Part shown: positions 1 to 10,526 of the stretch, in pieces
How positions within the stretch are numbered: the stretch's first letter is position 1
Layout of the letters: every line of letters begins with the position of its first letter
NCBI GenBank assembly: GCA_038231795.1
Contig: JBBRKR010000004.1
Location: 68,651 to 132,650, forward strand
Length of the DNA stretch: 64,000 nucleotides
Source: Acidimicrobiales bacterium
Lineage (GTDB): Bacteria; Actinomycetota; Acidimicrobiia; Acidimicrobiales; JBBRKR01
Reading direction: 5' to 3'
Notes under the pieces: model-generated
What the model was told of the DNA's origin: nothing
What the model saw: only the letters and a program-made list of their open reading frames with translations
The model's database searches: none
Translations under genes and position numbers: made by a program

Positions 1-905
1 TACACGTCTTCAACGGTCTCGGGTTGTTCGCCAATGGAAATGGCAATAGTGGTGAGCCCTACAGGACCCCCGCCAAAGCGCTCACACATGGCACTCAAAA
101 TGGCGCGGTCCACCTTGTCGAGACCTAGCGGGTCCACACCGAACACCTTGAGCCCGGCCTTGGCCGTGGCCACGTCCACGATGCCGTTGCCCCGCACTTC
201 GGCGTAGTCGCGTACCCGGCGCAACAAGCGGTTAGCGATTCGTGGCGTGCCTCTGCTTCGTCGGGCTACTTCGCTGGATCCAGCGGCGTCGATCTGTACA
301 TCAAGGATCGTGGCCGCACGACCGACAATCAACCCGAGATCGCTTGCCGTGTAGTAATCGAGGCGAGCCACGAGCCCGAACCGATCACGCAATGGCCCCG
401 TGATCAATCCCGTGCGCGTGGTGGCGCCGACCAACGTAAATTCGGGTAACTCCAAACGGATCGAACGAGCGGCAGGACCCTTGCCAATCACGATGTCGAG
501 TTGGAAATCCTCCATTGCGGGGTACAAAACTTCTTCCACTGCTCGGCTCAAGCGATGAATCTCGTCCACGAACAGCACATCGCCGGGTTCAAGCTTGGTG
601 AGGATCGCCGCCAAGTCGCCAGCGCGCTCGATAGCAGGGCCACTGGTCACGTGGAGACCAGCGTTCATCTCGGTGGCGATGATGTTGCTGAGCGTCGTTT
701 TACCGAGGCCTGGCGGGCCCGCGAACAGCAAATGATCGGCCGCCCGACCCCTCAATTTGGCGGCCTCCAGAATGATAGCGAGGTGCTCTTTCAGCTCGGC
801 CTGACCCACAAATTCGGCCAACGACTTCGGCCGCAACGACGTTTCTATGGATGTTTCTTCGTCGGCGGGAGTCACGACCACCGACAGGATTTCGTCACGA
901 GCCAC
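1..905 (-). CDS. ruvB: Holliday junction branch-migration helicase RuvB (3' end runs off the left edge of the window)
   Basis: Reverse translation from GTG at 905 gives [24 protein letters not shown] (Walker A) and [10 protein letters not shown] (Walker B). Lies directly downstream of ruvA in the ruvCAB order. Confidence 0.9.
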   Translation of the reverse strand, partial: MARDEILSVVVTPADEETSIETSLRPKSLAEFVGQAELKEHLAIILEAAKLRGRAADHLLFAGPPGLGKTTLSNIIATEMNAGLHVTSGPAIERAGDLAAILTKLEPGDVLFVDEIHRLSRAVEEVLYPAMEDFQLDIVIGKGPAARSIRLELPEFTLVGATTRTGLITGPLRDRFGLVARLDYYTASDLGLIVGRAATILDVQIDAAGSSEVARRSRGTPRIANRLLRRVRDYAEVRGNGIVDVATAKAGLKVFGVDPLGLDKVDRAILSAMCERFGGGPVGLTTIAISIGEQPETVEDV

Positions 906-907
906 GG

Positions 908-1537
908 CTATCGAGCCAATCGTTGCAGAGCTGCTCGCAACATGGCCGACGTGTCACCATCGGTAGCCAAATCGGAGGTGGCCTCCCGAATTTCCTCGAT
1001 CGAATACCCCAATGCACCAAGGGCCTCGCGCACCTCGGCTTTCGAGCCTCCGCTTGCTTTCGTTGCCGTCCGAGTACCGCTTGTTGCGGCGTTGGTGGCG
1101 ATCTCGATGGTGTCGGCGTCGAGCTTGATATCGGCCAATTTAGCTTTCAAATCGATCAACAATTTGGCTGCCGTTTTCTTGCCCACACCAGGCACTAAAC
1201 ACAACGCGGCAATGTCGTCTTCGGCGAGAGCTTCCCGCAGTGCCATCGGGGAATGGACGCCTAAAATTGCCTGTGCCAACGAAGGGACAACGCCGTGCAC
1301 TGATCGCAATGTCTCAAAACAAACCCGCTCATCGCGAGTCAAAAAACCGTACAGTTCCTGGTCGGTTTCTCGAAATATTTGACTGGTGAACATGAAAACT
1401 TCAGCGCCCGAACCGGCTTGTACGAAGGCAGCAATAGTGCTTGGCGTGACCGTTACTCGGTAGCCGATCCCCCCTATTTCGATGATCACCTCGTCGGAAA
1501 AACGATCAATAATTCTGCCCCGCAAACTGCCGATCAT
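908..1537 (-). CDS. ruvA: Holliday junction DNA-binding protein RuvA
   Basis: 209-aa ORF starting [30 protein letters not shown] with the HhH region [15 protein letters not shown]. Its start overlaps the ruvC stop. Confidence 0.9.
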   Translation of the reverse strand: MIGSLRGRIIDRFSDEVIIEIGGIGYRVTVTPSTIAAFVQAGSGAEVFMFTSQIFRETDQELYGFLTRDERVCFETLRSVHGVVPSLAQAILGVHSPMALREALAEDDIAALCLVPGVGKKTAAKLLIDLKAKLADIKLDADTIEIATNAATSGTRTATKASGGSKAEVREALGALGYSIEEIREATSDLATDGDTSAMLRAALQRLAR

Positions 1538-2040
1538 GCGCGCACTGTACGGGAAATTGCTGGCGTGCCGAAACCGGCGTGGGCAAAATGAGTCAGCGCC
1601 AACGCCAGCGCGTCGGCGGCGTCGACTGGCTGCAAAGGCCCATCAATTTTCAACAGTGTGCGTACCATTTGCTCCATCTGGTCCTTGGATGCAGCACCCC
1701 ATCCGGCAACCGCTTGCTTGACCTGATTCGGGGTGTACTGGGCCACAGCACAACCTGCATTGACGGCTTCGGCGAGCGCGATTCCACTGGCCTGGCCAAC
1801 GCTCATGGCAGTGCGAACGTTGACCTGAAAAAACACTCGTTCCACCGCCACCACAGCAGGGCGGTACTCGCAAATCAGGCCGCGAATTTCGAGTTGCAAC
1901 TCCGCGAGGCGGGCTGGCAGTTCGTCGTCTTTCGACGTGCGTATCACCCCTGCAGCAACTGCTTTCATTGCCCCCGACGACCTCTCGACCACGCCATAAC
2001 CGCACCGAGTGAGTCCGGGATCGATGCCAAGTACGAACAT
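1534..2040 (-). CDS. ruvC: crossover junction endodeoxyribonuclease RuvC
   Basis: 168-aa ORF MFVLGIDPGLTRCGYGVVE..., a typical RuvC N-terminus, in operon position upstream of ruvA. Confidence 0.9.
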   Translation of the reverse strand: MFVLGIDPGLTRCGYGVVERSSGAMKAVAAGVIRTSKDDELPARLAELQLEIRGLICEYRPAVVAVERVFFQVNVRTAMSVGQASGIALAEAVNAGCAVAQYTPNQVKQAVAGWGAASKDQMEQMVRTLLKIDGPLQPVDAADALALALTHFAHAGFGTPAISRTVRA

Positions 2041-2050
2041 AAGTACGATC

Positions 2051-2704
2051 CTAGCCGTTTGCGAGCTTCGCCTTGAGCATATGTTTCACGCCCGCCCACT
2101 CACCGGGCATGATCGAAAAGTAGGCCGAATCGCGAGGCCCTAGGTCGTTATACCGGGGCATGCTCGACCGCAAAACACCCTCAAACTGTGCCCCAATGCG
2201 CAGAATGGCGGCACGCGATTGCATGTTGCGGGCATCGGTCTTGAGCTGCAACCGCTGTACGCCCCACGCCTCAAAAGCATGAGTGAGCAACAGCAGTTTG
2301 GCCTCAGTGTTGATTGGCGATCGTTGAGCTGATTTGGCGAGCCACGTGCTGCCGATTTCGGCGGCGTCTGGCATGTCGGTCACGTGGTTGCCAGCGTGGG
2401 CACTACGCCAATATTCGATGTTGAGAAACCGTGTGCTGCCAACAATGCGGCCCGTCGCCGCTGCCACGGTAACGAAGGGCAGCGATATCCCTGCCTCCCA
2501 GTCACTTAATGCGCTGTGTACGTACCGCTCACTGTCTCGTTCGTCGGCCGGCACCCAGGTGTAGTCGAACGTGGAACGGTCACGGTCTGCGCAAACCAGT
2601 AGCTGCGCAGCATGGTCGGGCGTCATTGGCTCGAGCCGCACATGTTGGCCAACCAGGGTTACCGACTCAAGAGATTTCATTTTTACATTCTTATACGACG
2701 TCAT
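2051..2704 (-). CDS. GNAT family N-acetyltransferase (RimJ/RimL-like)
   Basis: ORF 2051..2821. GNAT-like core RIVGSTRFLNIEYW...AEIGSTWLAKSAQRSPINTEAKLLLLTHAFE. Start placed at the internal ATG (MTSYKNVKMKS) so it does not overlap the divergent korA; 2680 or 2821 are alternatives. Confidence 0.75.
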   Translation of the reverse strand: MTSYKNVKMKSLESVTLVGQHVRLEPMTPDHAAQLLVCADRDRSTFDYTWVPADERDSERYVHSALSDWEAGISLPFVTVAAATGRIVGSTRFLNIEYWRSAHAGNHVTDMPDAAEIGSTWLAKSAQRSPINTEAKLLLLTHAFEAWGVQRLQLKTDARNMQSRAAILRIGAQFEGVLRSSMPRYNDLGPRDSAYFSIMPGEWAGVKHMLKAKLANG

Positions 2705-2767
2705 TGTTGGTCGCTGTGCTCTGTTAGGTTCAGGCCAACTTAGATATCGGTTACCGGGGGGTTTTCG

Positions 2768-4648
2768 ATGACGGACGTAGTTATTGGCCATGACGACGGC
2801 GTAACGCCCGAGGAATTGCACCGCGTGGTTTTACGATTTGCCGGGGACTCCGGCGATGGCATGCAACTCACTGGCGATCGGTTCACCAGTGTGAGTGCCT
2901 CCTTCGGCAACGACCTTTCGACGCTGCCCGATTTCCCCGCCGAGATCCGGGCCCCAGCCGGCACCGTCAACGGCGTGTCGAGCTTCCAAGTTCACATCAG
3001 CGATCACGACATCACCACACCTGGCGACGCCCCCAGCGTGTTGGTTGCTATGAACCCCGCCGCCTTGAAGGCCGACCTTCACCGCCTTGAGCCGGGTGGC
3101 ACGCTCATCGTGAACAGTGACAATTTCGAGCCCCGCGATCTATTGAAAGCTGAGTACACGTCGCACCCGCTTGAGGACGGTTCGCTCGATAGTTACAACC
3201 TCATCAAGGTGCCCATGACGATGCTCACTAAAGAGGCCACGCTGCCTCTTGGCATCAAAATGCGTGACGCAGAGCGCAGCAAAAACTTCTTTGCCCTTGG
3301 TCTCATTTCGTGGTTGTACACCAGACCCATCGACGGCACGTTGAAGTGGATCGATGATCGCTTCGCCAAAAACGAAATGGTGCGCAACTCCAACCGCGCC
3401 GCCTTTATGGCGGGGCACGCCTTCGGCGAGACCACCGACGCTTTCCCTCGCCCATACATTGTGCGCCCTGCCAAATTGCCGGCTGGCGAGTACACGAACG
3501 TCAGCGGCAACACCGCACTGGCGTGGGGTCTCATTGCTGCCGGGCAATTGGCGAAGCTTCCCATCATGCTCGGCTCATACCCAATCACACCGGCCAGCGA
3601 CATCTTGCACGAGTTGAGTAAGCACAAGAATTTTGGCGTGCGTACTTTTCAGGCCGAGGACGAAATTGCCGCCATTGGTTCTGCCCTTGGCGCCGCGTTT
3701 GCTGGCCATCTGGGCATCACCTCGACCTCTGGTCCTGGCGTTGCTCTCAAGAGCGAAACCATGTCGTTGGCCATCAGCTTGGAGCTTCCGCTCATCATTG
3801 TGGACATCCAACGCGGTGGCCCGTCCACTGGCTTGCCCACCAAAACTGAGGCCGCCGATCTCAACATTGCTCTCTATGGTCGCCACGGAGAAGCACCCCT
3901 TCCCGTGGTGGCTGCCTACTCGCCGAGTCAATGCTTCCATGCTGCAATCGAGGCCGTCCGGATTGCAGTCAAATACCGCACGCCGGTCGTGCTGTTGAGT
4001 GATGGATATTTGGCCAACGGGTCAGAGCCATGGCTGCTGCCCGATGTGGATTCTTTACCCGATATCAGCGTGCCGTTCGCCACCGAAATGAACCACACGC
4101 TCGACGACGGCACAGAGGTTTTCTTTCCCTACAAGCGCGATCCCGAAACGCTCGCACGACCGTGGGCCATTCCCGGCACACCAAAACTCATGCATCGTGT
4201 TGGCGGCATCGAGAAAGAGGACGGATCGGGAAATATCAGCTACACGCCCGACAATCACGACAAAATGGTGCGCCTTCGGGCCGCAAAAATTGCCGGAATC
4301 GCCAACGACATCCCGCCCGCAGAGGTCGTCGGAGACGCCGATGCCACATTGTGCGTGGTCTCGTGGGGCTCCACATGGGGCGCAGTTGGAGAGGCAGCCA
4401 AGCGAGTGCGCGCTGATGGTCACAAACTGGCGTGGATCCACCTCACTCACCTGAGCCCGCTCGCTCCCAACTTGGGCGAGTTGCTGGCAAAGTATCCGAA
4501 AATTCTGGTGCCGGAAATGAACCTCGGCCAGCTATGTCGCTTGCTGCGAGCCGAATTTTTGGTGCCCGCTCAATCGCTCAGCAAAGTGCAGGGCACGCCA
4601 TTTACCGCACGCGAATTGCAAACCGCCATCATGAAAGAGCTGTCATGA
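2768..4648 (+). CDS. korA: 2-oxoacid:ferredoxin oxidoreductase, alpha subunit (KorA-type)
   Basis: 626-aa ORF with LRFAGDSGDGMQLTG, GSYPITPASDILHELS and IVDIQRGGPSTGLPTK, followed by the beta subunit with an ATGA overlap. Confidence 0.9.
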   Translation: MTDVVIGHDDGVTPEELHRVVLRFAGDSGDGMQLTGDRFTSVSASFGNDLSTLPDFPAEIRAPAGTVNGVSSFQVHISDHDITTPGDAPSVLVAMNPAALKADLHRLEPGGTLIVNSDNFEPRDLLKAEYTSHPLEDGSLDSYNLIKVPMTMLTKEATLPLGIKMRDAERSKNFFALGLISWLYTRPIDGTLKWIDDRFAKNEMVRNSNRAAFMAGHAFGETTDAFPRPYIVRPAKLPAGEYTNVSGNTALAWGLIAAGQLAKLPIMLGSYPITPASDILHELSKHKNFGVRTFQAEDEIAAIGSALGAAFAGHLGITSTSGPGVALKSETMSLAISLELPLIIVDIQRGGPSTGLPTKTEAADLNIALYGRHGEAPLPVVAAYSPSQCFHAAIEAVRIAVKYRTPVVLLSDGYLANGSEPWLLPDVDSLPDISVPFATEMNHTLDDGTEVFFPYKRDPETLARPWAIPGTPKLMHRVGGIEKEDGSGNISYTPDNHDKMVRLRAAKIAGIANDIPPAEVVGDADATLCVVSWGSTWGAVGEAAKRVRADGHKLAWIHLTHLSPLAPNLGELLAKYPKILVPEMNLGQLCRLLRAEFLVPAQSLSKVQGTPFTARELQTAIMKELS

Positions 4649-5664
4649 CTGAGACTGTCGCACTCACCACGAAGAAGGATTGGACGTCTGACCAGGAAGT
4701 GCGGTGGTGCCCAGGTTGTGGCGACTACGGCATATTGCAGGCCGTCCAAACTCTCATGCCTGAATTCGGCGTCGACCCTCACAACACCGTTTTTATTTCA
4801 GGTATTGGTTGTTCGAGCAGATTCCCGTACTACATGAATACGTACGGCATGCACAGCATTCATGGGCGAGCGCCTGCCATCGCCACCGGTGTTGCTCTTG
4901 CCCGACCAGACCTCGATGTGTGGGTTATCACCGGCGATGGTGACGGGCTATCCATTGGCGGCAACCATCTCATTCACGCCCTACGTCGAAACGTGAACCT
5001 CACCATCTTGATGTTCAACAATCAGATCTACGGGCTAACCAAAGGCCAATTTTCGCCGACAAGCGAGGTTGGCAAAGTCACCAAGTCAACGCCCATGGGC
5101 TCCCTCGACGCGCCGTTTAACCCACTGTCGGTGGCACTTGGCGCAGAAGCATCTTTTGTGGCTCGCACCCATGACACCGACCGAAAACACATGACTGAAA
5201 TCTTTCGTCGAGCCCACGACCATCAAGGTGCAGCATTCGTGGAAATTTATCAGAATTGCAATGTGTTCAATGATGGGGCGTTCGACGACCTCCTAGTGAA
5301 AGATCGCCGTGCCGACATGTTGATCAACCTGAAGCACGGCCAACCCGTTCGATTCGGGTCCGATGACGACAAGGGCGTGGTCATGGGTTCCGACGGCCAA
5401 CTTCGCATTGTGTCCATTGCCGATGTTGGCGAAGATGCGTTACTTATTCATGATGAGCAACGGGCAGACCCGTCACTGGCGTTCGCTTTGGCTCGCCTAA
5501 GCCACGACGTTCACTCCCCCACTCCAATCGGCGTTTTCCGCGCCGTGGAACGTCGAGAATACGCAGGAGCGGTGGCAGCCCAGCTTGCAGAAGCCAGTGC
5601 TCGCAAAGGGCCAGGCGATCTCGGAGCACTGCTCCGCAGCGCCGGCACCTGGCACGTGGGATAG
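4645..5664 (+). CDS. korB: 2-oxoacid:ferredoxin oxidoreductase, beta subunit (TPP-binding, KorB-type)
   Basis: Start at ATG 4645 (MTETVALTTKKDW) overlapping the korA stop. Motifs WCPGCGDYGIL, GIGCSSRFPYY and ITGDGDGLSIGGNH. The upstream part of the 4432 ORF overlaps korA and is discarded. Confidence 0.9.
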   Translation: MTETVALTTKKDWTSDQEVRWCPGCGDYGILQAVQTLMPEFGVDPHNTVFISGIGCSSRFPYYMNTYGMHSIHGRAPAIATGVALARPDLDVWVITGDGDGLSIGGNHLIHALRRNVNLTILMFNNQIYGLTKGQFSPTSEVGKVTKSTPMGSLDAPFNPLSVALGAEASFVARTHDTDRKHMTEIFRRAHDHQGAAFVEIYQNCNVFNDGAFDDLLVKDRRADMLINLKHGQPVRFGSDDDKGVVMGSDGQLRIVSIADVGEDALLIHDEQRADPSLAFALARLSHDVHSPTPIGVFRAVERREYAGAVAAQLAEASARKGPGDLGALLRSAGTWHVG

Positions 5665-5667
5665 CGC

Positions 5668-6123
5668 CTATTTGGCGTTTCGGATTGCTTCAATTAGTTC
5701 GTCGGTGGGGCGGAACGTCAACCCCGCCACCGCTCGATGTACATATCGGATGATTCCCGAGCCGTCGATCACGAAGGCGCTGCGACGGGCGAAACCCAAG
5801 GGTCCTAAACAGCCATACAGCCCGAACACCTTCTTGTCCTCGTCGGCCAGCAGAGGAAACTTGAAGCCGCCCTGTTTGGTCGAAAATCCCTCATGGCTGT
5901 CGACGCTTTGCGGACTGATAGCCAGCACCTGGGCACCGACCGATTCAAACGTGCTCAAATTGTCGTTGTAACTGCACAGTTGCTTGGTACACACCGGAGT
6001 GTTGTCGCCAGGATAAAATGCCAGCACAACTGGGCTACCTGCGTATTCAGCCAGCGAATACAGGCGACCTGATGTGCCCGGCAAGGTGAATTCTGGGGCC
6101 TTATCGCCGATTCCTACTGCCAT
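5668..6123 (-). CDS. bcp: peroxiredoxin (Bcp-type thiol peroxidase)
   Basis: MAVGIGDKAPEFTLPGTSG...VVLAFYPGDNTPVCTKQLCS, with the peroxidatic Cys in the PVCT context. Start taken at the internal ATG at 6123. Confidence 0.85.
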   Translation of the reverse strand: MAVGIGDKAPEFTLPGTSGRLYSLAEYAGSPVVLAFYPGDNTPVCTKQLCSYNDNLSTFESVGAQVLAISPQSVDSHEGFSTKQGGFKFPLLADEDKKVFGLYGCLGPLGFARRSAFVIDGSGIIRYVHRAVAGLTFRPTDELIEAIRNAK

Positions 6124-6124
6124 C

Positions 6125-6874
6125 TCAAACCTCCACCATGTCCAGAATTGACTCCGGAATATCGAAATTGGTGTACACATCTTGCACATCGTCGTGATCG
6201 TCGAGAAGGTCCATCAACCGCAAGATCTTCTTGGCGTCCTCCACGTTGTCGACCTCGATCGTATTCGATGGCACCATTGCCAAGTCGGCAGAATCAACGG
6301 TAAATTCTGCAGCTTCTAAGGCGTCCTTGACCGCCATCGTGACTGACGGATCGCATAACACTCGCCAGAACTCTCCATCGTTGTCGATGTCATCGGCACC
6401 TGCTTCGATGGCGGTCATCATCACATCATCCTCCGAGAAGGTCATAGGCACTGTCACCACGCCGCTGCGTTTGAACTGCCATGCCACCGCACCCGGCTCA
6501 GCCATCGAGCCACCGGCCTTGGAAAAGATGCTGCGAATTTCGGCACCAGTACGATTGCGATTGTCGCTCAACACGTCAACCAAAATGGCCACCCCAGCGG
6601 AGCCGTACCCCTCGTACATAATCATTTCGTAATTGACGCCTTCAAGCTCGCCAGTGCCGCGCTTAATGGCCTTTTCAATGGTGTCAATCGGGACCGACGA
6701 CGAACGAGCCTTGGTGAACATGGTGCGCAGCGTGGCATTGGATTCCATATCCCCTCCACCTGCCCGCGCTGCCACTTCAATTTGGCGGATCAGCTTGGCG
6801 AAGAGCTTGCCACGCGCTTTATCCTTTGCCCCTTTTTGGTGCTTGATTGTTGCCCATTTGGAATGACCTGACAC
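6125..6874 (-). CDS. YebC/PmpR family DNA-binding transcriptional regulator
   Basis: 249-aa ORF starting MSGHSKWATIKHQKGAKDKARGKLFAKL, the hallmark YebC N-terminus. Confidence 0.9.
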   Translation of the reverse strand: MSGHSKWATIKHQKGAKDKARGKLFAKLIRQIEVAARAGGGDMESNATLRTMFTKARSSSVPIDTIEKAIKRGTGELEGVNYEMIMYEGYGSAGVAILVDVLSDNRNRTGAEIRSIFSKAGGSMAEPGAVAWQFKRSGVVTVPMTFSEDDVMMTAIEAGADDIDNDGEFWRVLCDPSVTMAVKDALEAAEFTVDSADLAMVPSNTIEVDNVEDAKKILRLMDLLDDHDDVQDVYTNFDIPESILDMVEV

Positions 6875-6890
6875 TGCAAACTCCTTGTGG

Positions 6891-7511
6891 CTATTGCTGA
6901 TGTGTTGCGGCTATGTGCGCGTCTACATACCGCAAAAACAATTGATGGATTCTGACATCTCCGGTCAGTTCGGGGTGGAACGCGGCCACCAAAACATTGC
7001 CCTGGCGGCACAACGCAGGGTGCCCATTCAACGATGCCAACACGTCAACATCGGGGCCAACCGAATCGACGATCGGCGCCCGAATAAACACCACTGGAAA
7101 TTCCGGTTCGCCAAACCCGGCCACGGGTATGGATTGTTCAAACGAATCGATTTGGCGACCATATCCGTTGCGACGAGCGGCGATGTCGATAGCACCGAAA
7201 AACCGTTGATCGGTACGGCCATCAAACACTGTGCTGGCCAAAAGAATCAGCCCTGCACACGTGCCAAAGGCAGGCATGCCGTCATGGAGCCGAGCATTTA
7301 CGGCGTCAAACATGCCGGAGGACTCCAGCAACATCGACATGGTGGACGACTCTCCGCCGGGAAAGACCATGGCGTCCACGTGAGCCAGCTGGTCGAGTGT
7401 TCGTACGCACACTGCCTCAACATCGAGACGGCGAAACATCGCTACGTGGGCGTCAAACGCCCCTTGAAGGGCGAGCACACCAATCCGTGGTGCCAAAGCG
7501 GCGTTGGTCAT
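6891..7511 (-). CDS. pdxT: pyridoxal 5'-phosphate synthase, glutaminase subunit PdxT
   Basis: 206-aa ORF with IGVLALQGAF, GTCAGLILLA and HPELT. Immediately downstream of pdxS. Confidence 0.9.
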   Translation of the reverse strand: MTNAALAPRIGVLALQGAFDAHVAMFRRLDVEAVCVRTLDQLAHVDAMVFPGGESSTMSMLLESSGMFDAVNARLHDGMPAFGTCAGLILLASTVFDGRTDQRFFGAIDIAARRNGYGRQIDSFEQSIPVAGFGEPEFPVVFIRAPIVDSVGPDVDVLASLNGHPALCRQGNVLVAAFHPELTGDVRIHQLFLRYVDAHIAATHQQ

Positions 7512-7544
7512 AGTGACCAGCTCCTGGGGGTTGCATGACGGAAG

Positions 7545-8429
7545 TCACCAACCCCGCTCAGCGAACTTCATGGCGTCGTCCATACCAATGCCCGTCATTG
7601 GGGCACCCAGATTTCGCGACACTTTGGCCAACAGGTCGGCATCGCGAAAATGGGTCGTGGCCTCCACAATGGCGCGAGCCCGAGGGGCAGGATCGTTGCT
7701 TTTGAAGATGCCAGATCCCACAAACACAGCCTCCGCGCCCAGTTGCATCGCCAACGCCGCATCGGCCGGGGTAGCAATACCACCAGCGCAAAACAACGGG
7801 ACTTGCAACTTGCCCGTCTCGGCGATTTCTTGAACTAGCGGCAGCGGCGCCTGCAGTCGCTTGGCCCATTCGAACAACTCGGCAGCATCGGCCTGAGTGA
7901 TCTTGCGAATGTCGCCCAAAATGGAACGCAGATGACGAACAGCCTCCACGATATTGCCGGTGCCGGCTTCACCTTTGGAGCGGATCAAGCATGCGCCCTC
8001 GCTGATGCGACGCAACGCTTCGCCCAAGTTGGTGGCGCCACACACAAACGGCACTGTGAACGCGAACTTGTCGATGTGATGCGTCTCATCGGCGGGCGTG
8101 AGCACTTCGGATTCATCGACATAGTCGACGCCCAAGGCTTGCAATATTTGCGCTTCAACGAAGTGGCCGATGCGGGCCTTCGCCATCACGGGGATAGTGG
8201 TGACAGCCTTAATGCCCTCGATCATCTCAGGGTCACTCATGCGCGCTACGCCGCCATCTCGACGGATGTCGGCGGGCACTCGCTCGAGGGCCATTACGGC
8301 AACCGCGCCAGCATCCTCTGCGATCTTCGCTTGGTCGGGGGTGACGACGTCCATAATGACGCCGCCTTTGAGCATTTCAGCCAATCCGCGTTTGATGCGA
8401 ATGGTTCCGGTGGTTTGGTCGTCAGCCAT
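7545..8429 (-). CDS. pdxS: pyridoxal 5'-phosphate synthase, lyase subunit PdxS
   Basis: 294-aa ORF with [26 protein letters not shown] and [11 protein letters not shown], a highly conserved PdxS sequence. Confidence 0.95.
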   Translation of the reverse strand: MADDQTTGTIRIKRGLAEMLKGGVIMDVVTPDQAKIAEDAGAVAVMALERVPADIRRDGGVARMSDPEMIEGIKAVTTIPVMAKARIGHFVEAQILQALGVDYVDESEVLTPADETHHIDKFAFTVPFVCGATNLGEALRRISEGACLIRSKGEAGTGNIVEAVRHLRSILGDIRKITQADAAELFEWAKRLQAPLPLVQEIAETGKLQVPLFCAGGIATPADAALAMQLGAEAVFVGSGIFKSNDPAPRARAIVEATTHFRDADLLAKVSRNLGAPMTGIGMDDAMKFAERGW

Positions 8430-8449
8430 GGCTTGAGTCTAGGTCTCTG

Positions 8450-9541
8450 CTATCCGACAATCTTCACGGAATTCGAACGAGTCAACTCCACAAGAGCCTG
8501 TCCTGGAAGAATTTTGATCTCTTTGCCCTTGGGGTCGGTGAAGTGCCACCGGTCCGAGACTGATTTGCGGGTCCATGTGCCGTGAATCGCTGCCCCTCCG
8601 CTGAAGACCCACACGTCACCGCTGCCCACCCCATCGGCTTCTGGGCTCTTGGGCTCGTAGGAGGCATACGCGTACGGCGTTGCGGCCACAATGACCGTCG
8701 TTGGTGAGATGGCGTTTCCGGCCTCGTCTTCGTGCACGACACCATCGCGGCGGAACCGCTTATAGCTGTTGGTGACCTTGTCGTACTCATAGCGGATGGT
8801 GTATCCGCCGACCTGTACCTCGACTTTACTGACGGGCAGGCCACCATCGCCTTCCGGCAATTTCTTGCCCGGATCCACGTAGGTGAAGATGGCTGTCGGT
8901 GCCTTGGAGTCCTTCTCGGCTTGGGACCACAGGTCGCCAGCTTTCACAAATTCAGTATTGGCGTTACAACGCGAACCGGCACGGAAATAGCCAGATGCGT
9001 TTGATTCAGCGCCCCGGTCTTGCACGTTGGTGCCCCGAATTATTCCCTGCACAGATGGGTTGCCACCTGACCACGCGAAAATCGGCCGAGTGTACATTTC
9101 GACGTATTGAGCATCTGTCCCACGTCCGGAACGGATCGGGCCAATTGTGCCCGGGTCTTTGGAGTGAAATGCCACAAAGAAACGAGTGATATCGCCTTCC
9201 ACAATTTCCTCGGTTATGACATCAGCTTGCGAAAGTCCGACCTGAGGCCATGCGCATTGATCGTTCGAAATTTTGGCCACGATCGCGGGCCGGCCGGTGT
9301 TGCCGATGTCGGTCAAATTCACGGGAAGGCCAGTAAGGGGCCATACAGGCGCTGGTGCACCCGTCGTTGTCGTTGGCGGCGCGGTCGTCGAGGAAGCCGT
9401 CGACGTGGTCGTTGGCGCCGTGGTGGTCGTGGTAGTTGCGGGCTTCGCCGTCGTGGTGGTGACAGCTTTGGAGCTGCCGCTACACGCCGAAATGGCAAAT
9501 GGAATCACCGCGGCGATGAGTACAAGCTTTTTAGGGTTCAA
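8450..9541 (-). CDS. DUF3048-type secreted lipoprotein
   Basis: Signal/lipobox-like N-terminus (LIAAVIPFAISACSGS), a Thr/Pro-rich linker, then RPAIVAKISNDQCAWPQVGLSQADVITEEIVEGDITRFFVAFHS, typical of DUF3048. Confidence 0.7.
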   Translation of the reverse strand: MNPKKLVLIAAVIPFAISACSGSSKAVTTTTAKPATTTTTTAPTTTSTASSTTAPPTTTTGAPAPVWPLTGLPVNLTDIGNTGRPAIVAKISNDQCAWPQVGLSQADVITEEIVEGDITRFFVAFHSKDPGTIGPIRSGRGTDAQYVEMYTRPIFAWSGGNPSVQGIIRGTNVQDRGAESNASGYFRAGSRCNANTEFVKAGDLWSQAEKDSKAPTAIFTYVDPGKKLPEGDGGLPVSKVEVQVGGYTIRYEYDKVTNSYKRFRRDGVVHEDEAGNAISPTTVIVAATPYAYASYEPKSPEADGVGSGDVWVFSGGAAIHGTWTRKSVSDRWHFTDPKGKEIKILPGQALVELTRSNSVKIVG

Positions 9542-9605
9542 GATATTTCCTAACTGTGGGGCGCAGGAAGCCGCGCCTTTATGATCTATGCGACGCTCGA
9601 GATAT

Positions 9606-10514
9606 CTACATCTCTCGCAGCGCAGCGATCCGTTCCTCTAACGGAGGGTGGGTGTCAAACAAGCGGTTGAGGCGAGAAAGTTTGCCTTCTTCGTCGACGC
9701 GTGCAAGAGGCGATTCGATCCACATGTGAGCCGTGGCCCGTGACGCAGACGACGTAACCGTGGTGTCGTCACGAAGCTTTTCGAGAGCCGAAATAAGCCC
9801 TGGAGGGAACCGAGTGATTTCGATCGCACTGGCGTCGGCCAACGATTCACGGCGACGACTTATGGCGAATTGCATTGCTCTGGCGATGATTGGCGAAACG
9901 AGTAACAGTATGAAACCCAAAATGGCGATCGGCACGAACGAACTGTCGTTGTCGCGGTTATCACGCTTGGTGCGTCCGCCGCCCCACCACATCATGCGGA
10001 TAGCAAAGTCGCTCATCAAGGCAATGATGCCCACCATCGTGACGGCCAGGGTATTGACCAACGTGTCGTAATTCTTGATGTGGCTCAACTCGTGGGCCAA
10101 CACGCCTTCAAGCTCAACCCGATTCATCAAATTCAGCAAGCCTGTCGTGACCGCAATAGCACCATGCTCCGGATTTCGACCGGTAGCAAACGCGTTGGGC
10201 GCCGAATCTTCCACAATAAAGACACGAGGCTTGGGTATGCCTGCCCCAATGCACAGACCATCGACGAGGTTGTGCAATCGAGGGTATTCAGAAGGGTCTG
10301 CAGGTATCGCCCTACTCATAGCAAGCGCTATGGAATCAGACTTCCAATAGCTCAAAAATGCCGAGCCGATTGCGAAGACTGCCGCTATCACGAACGCAAT
10401 GGGACCGACACCCATGAGGTACTGCACGACCGTAGCGATCAGCAACACAAAGGCGACGAAACCAAGCGTTAGGAGGGCCGAGCGGCGCTTGTTGGAATTG
10501 ACTTGGTCGTACAC
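9606..10514 (-). CDS. htpX: zinc metalloprotease HtpX (M48 family)
   Basis: 302-aa ORF with N-terminal TM helices, the HELSH zinc motif (VLAHELSHIKNYD) and C-terminal FDTHPPLEERI. Confidence 0.9.
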   Translation of the reverse strand: MYDQVNSNKRRSALLTLGFVAFVLLIATVVQYLMGVGPIAFVIAAVFAIGSAFLSYWKSDSIALAMSRAIPADPSEYPRLHNLVDGLCIGAGIPKPRVFIVEDSAPNAFATGRNPEHGAIAVTTGLLNLMNRVELEGVLAHELSHIKNYDTLVNTLAVTMVGIIALMSDFAIRMMWWGGGRTKRDNRDNDSSFVPIAILGFILLLVSPIIARAMQFAISRRRESLADASAIEITRFPPGLISALEKLRDDTTVTSSASRATAHMWIESPLARVDEEGKLSRLNRLFDTHPPLEERIAALREM

Positions 10515-10526
10515 GAAACAGAGAGC

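Noticed and set aside
501-1382. Long plus-strand ORFs antisense to established genes (for example 501..1382, 45342..46247, 46198..47112, 47269..48159, 22551..23447)
   Set aside because: All lie opposite genes with strong family signatures (ruvB/ruvA, M23 peptidase, epimerase, DEAD helicase). Their Arg/Ala/Gly/Val-rich composition is typical of antisense frames in GC-rich DNA.
9330-9480. Repetitive-looking DNA here and at about 46600-46900, considered as a possible CRISPR or tandem-repeat array
   Set aside because: These are Thr/Ser/Pro/Ala codon runs inside the DUF3048 lipoprotein and M23 paralogue 3 (low-complexity linkers). There is no repeat-spacer periodicity.
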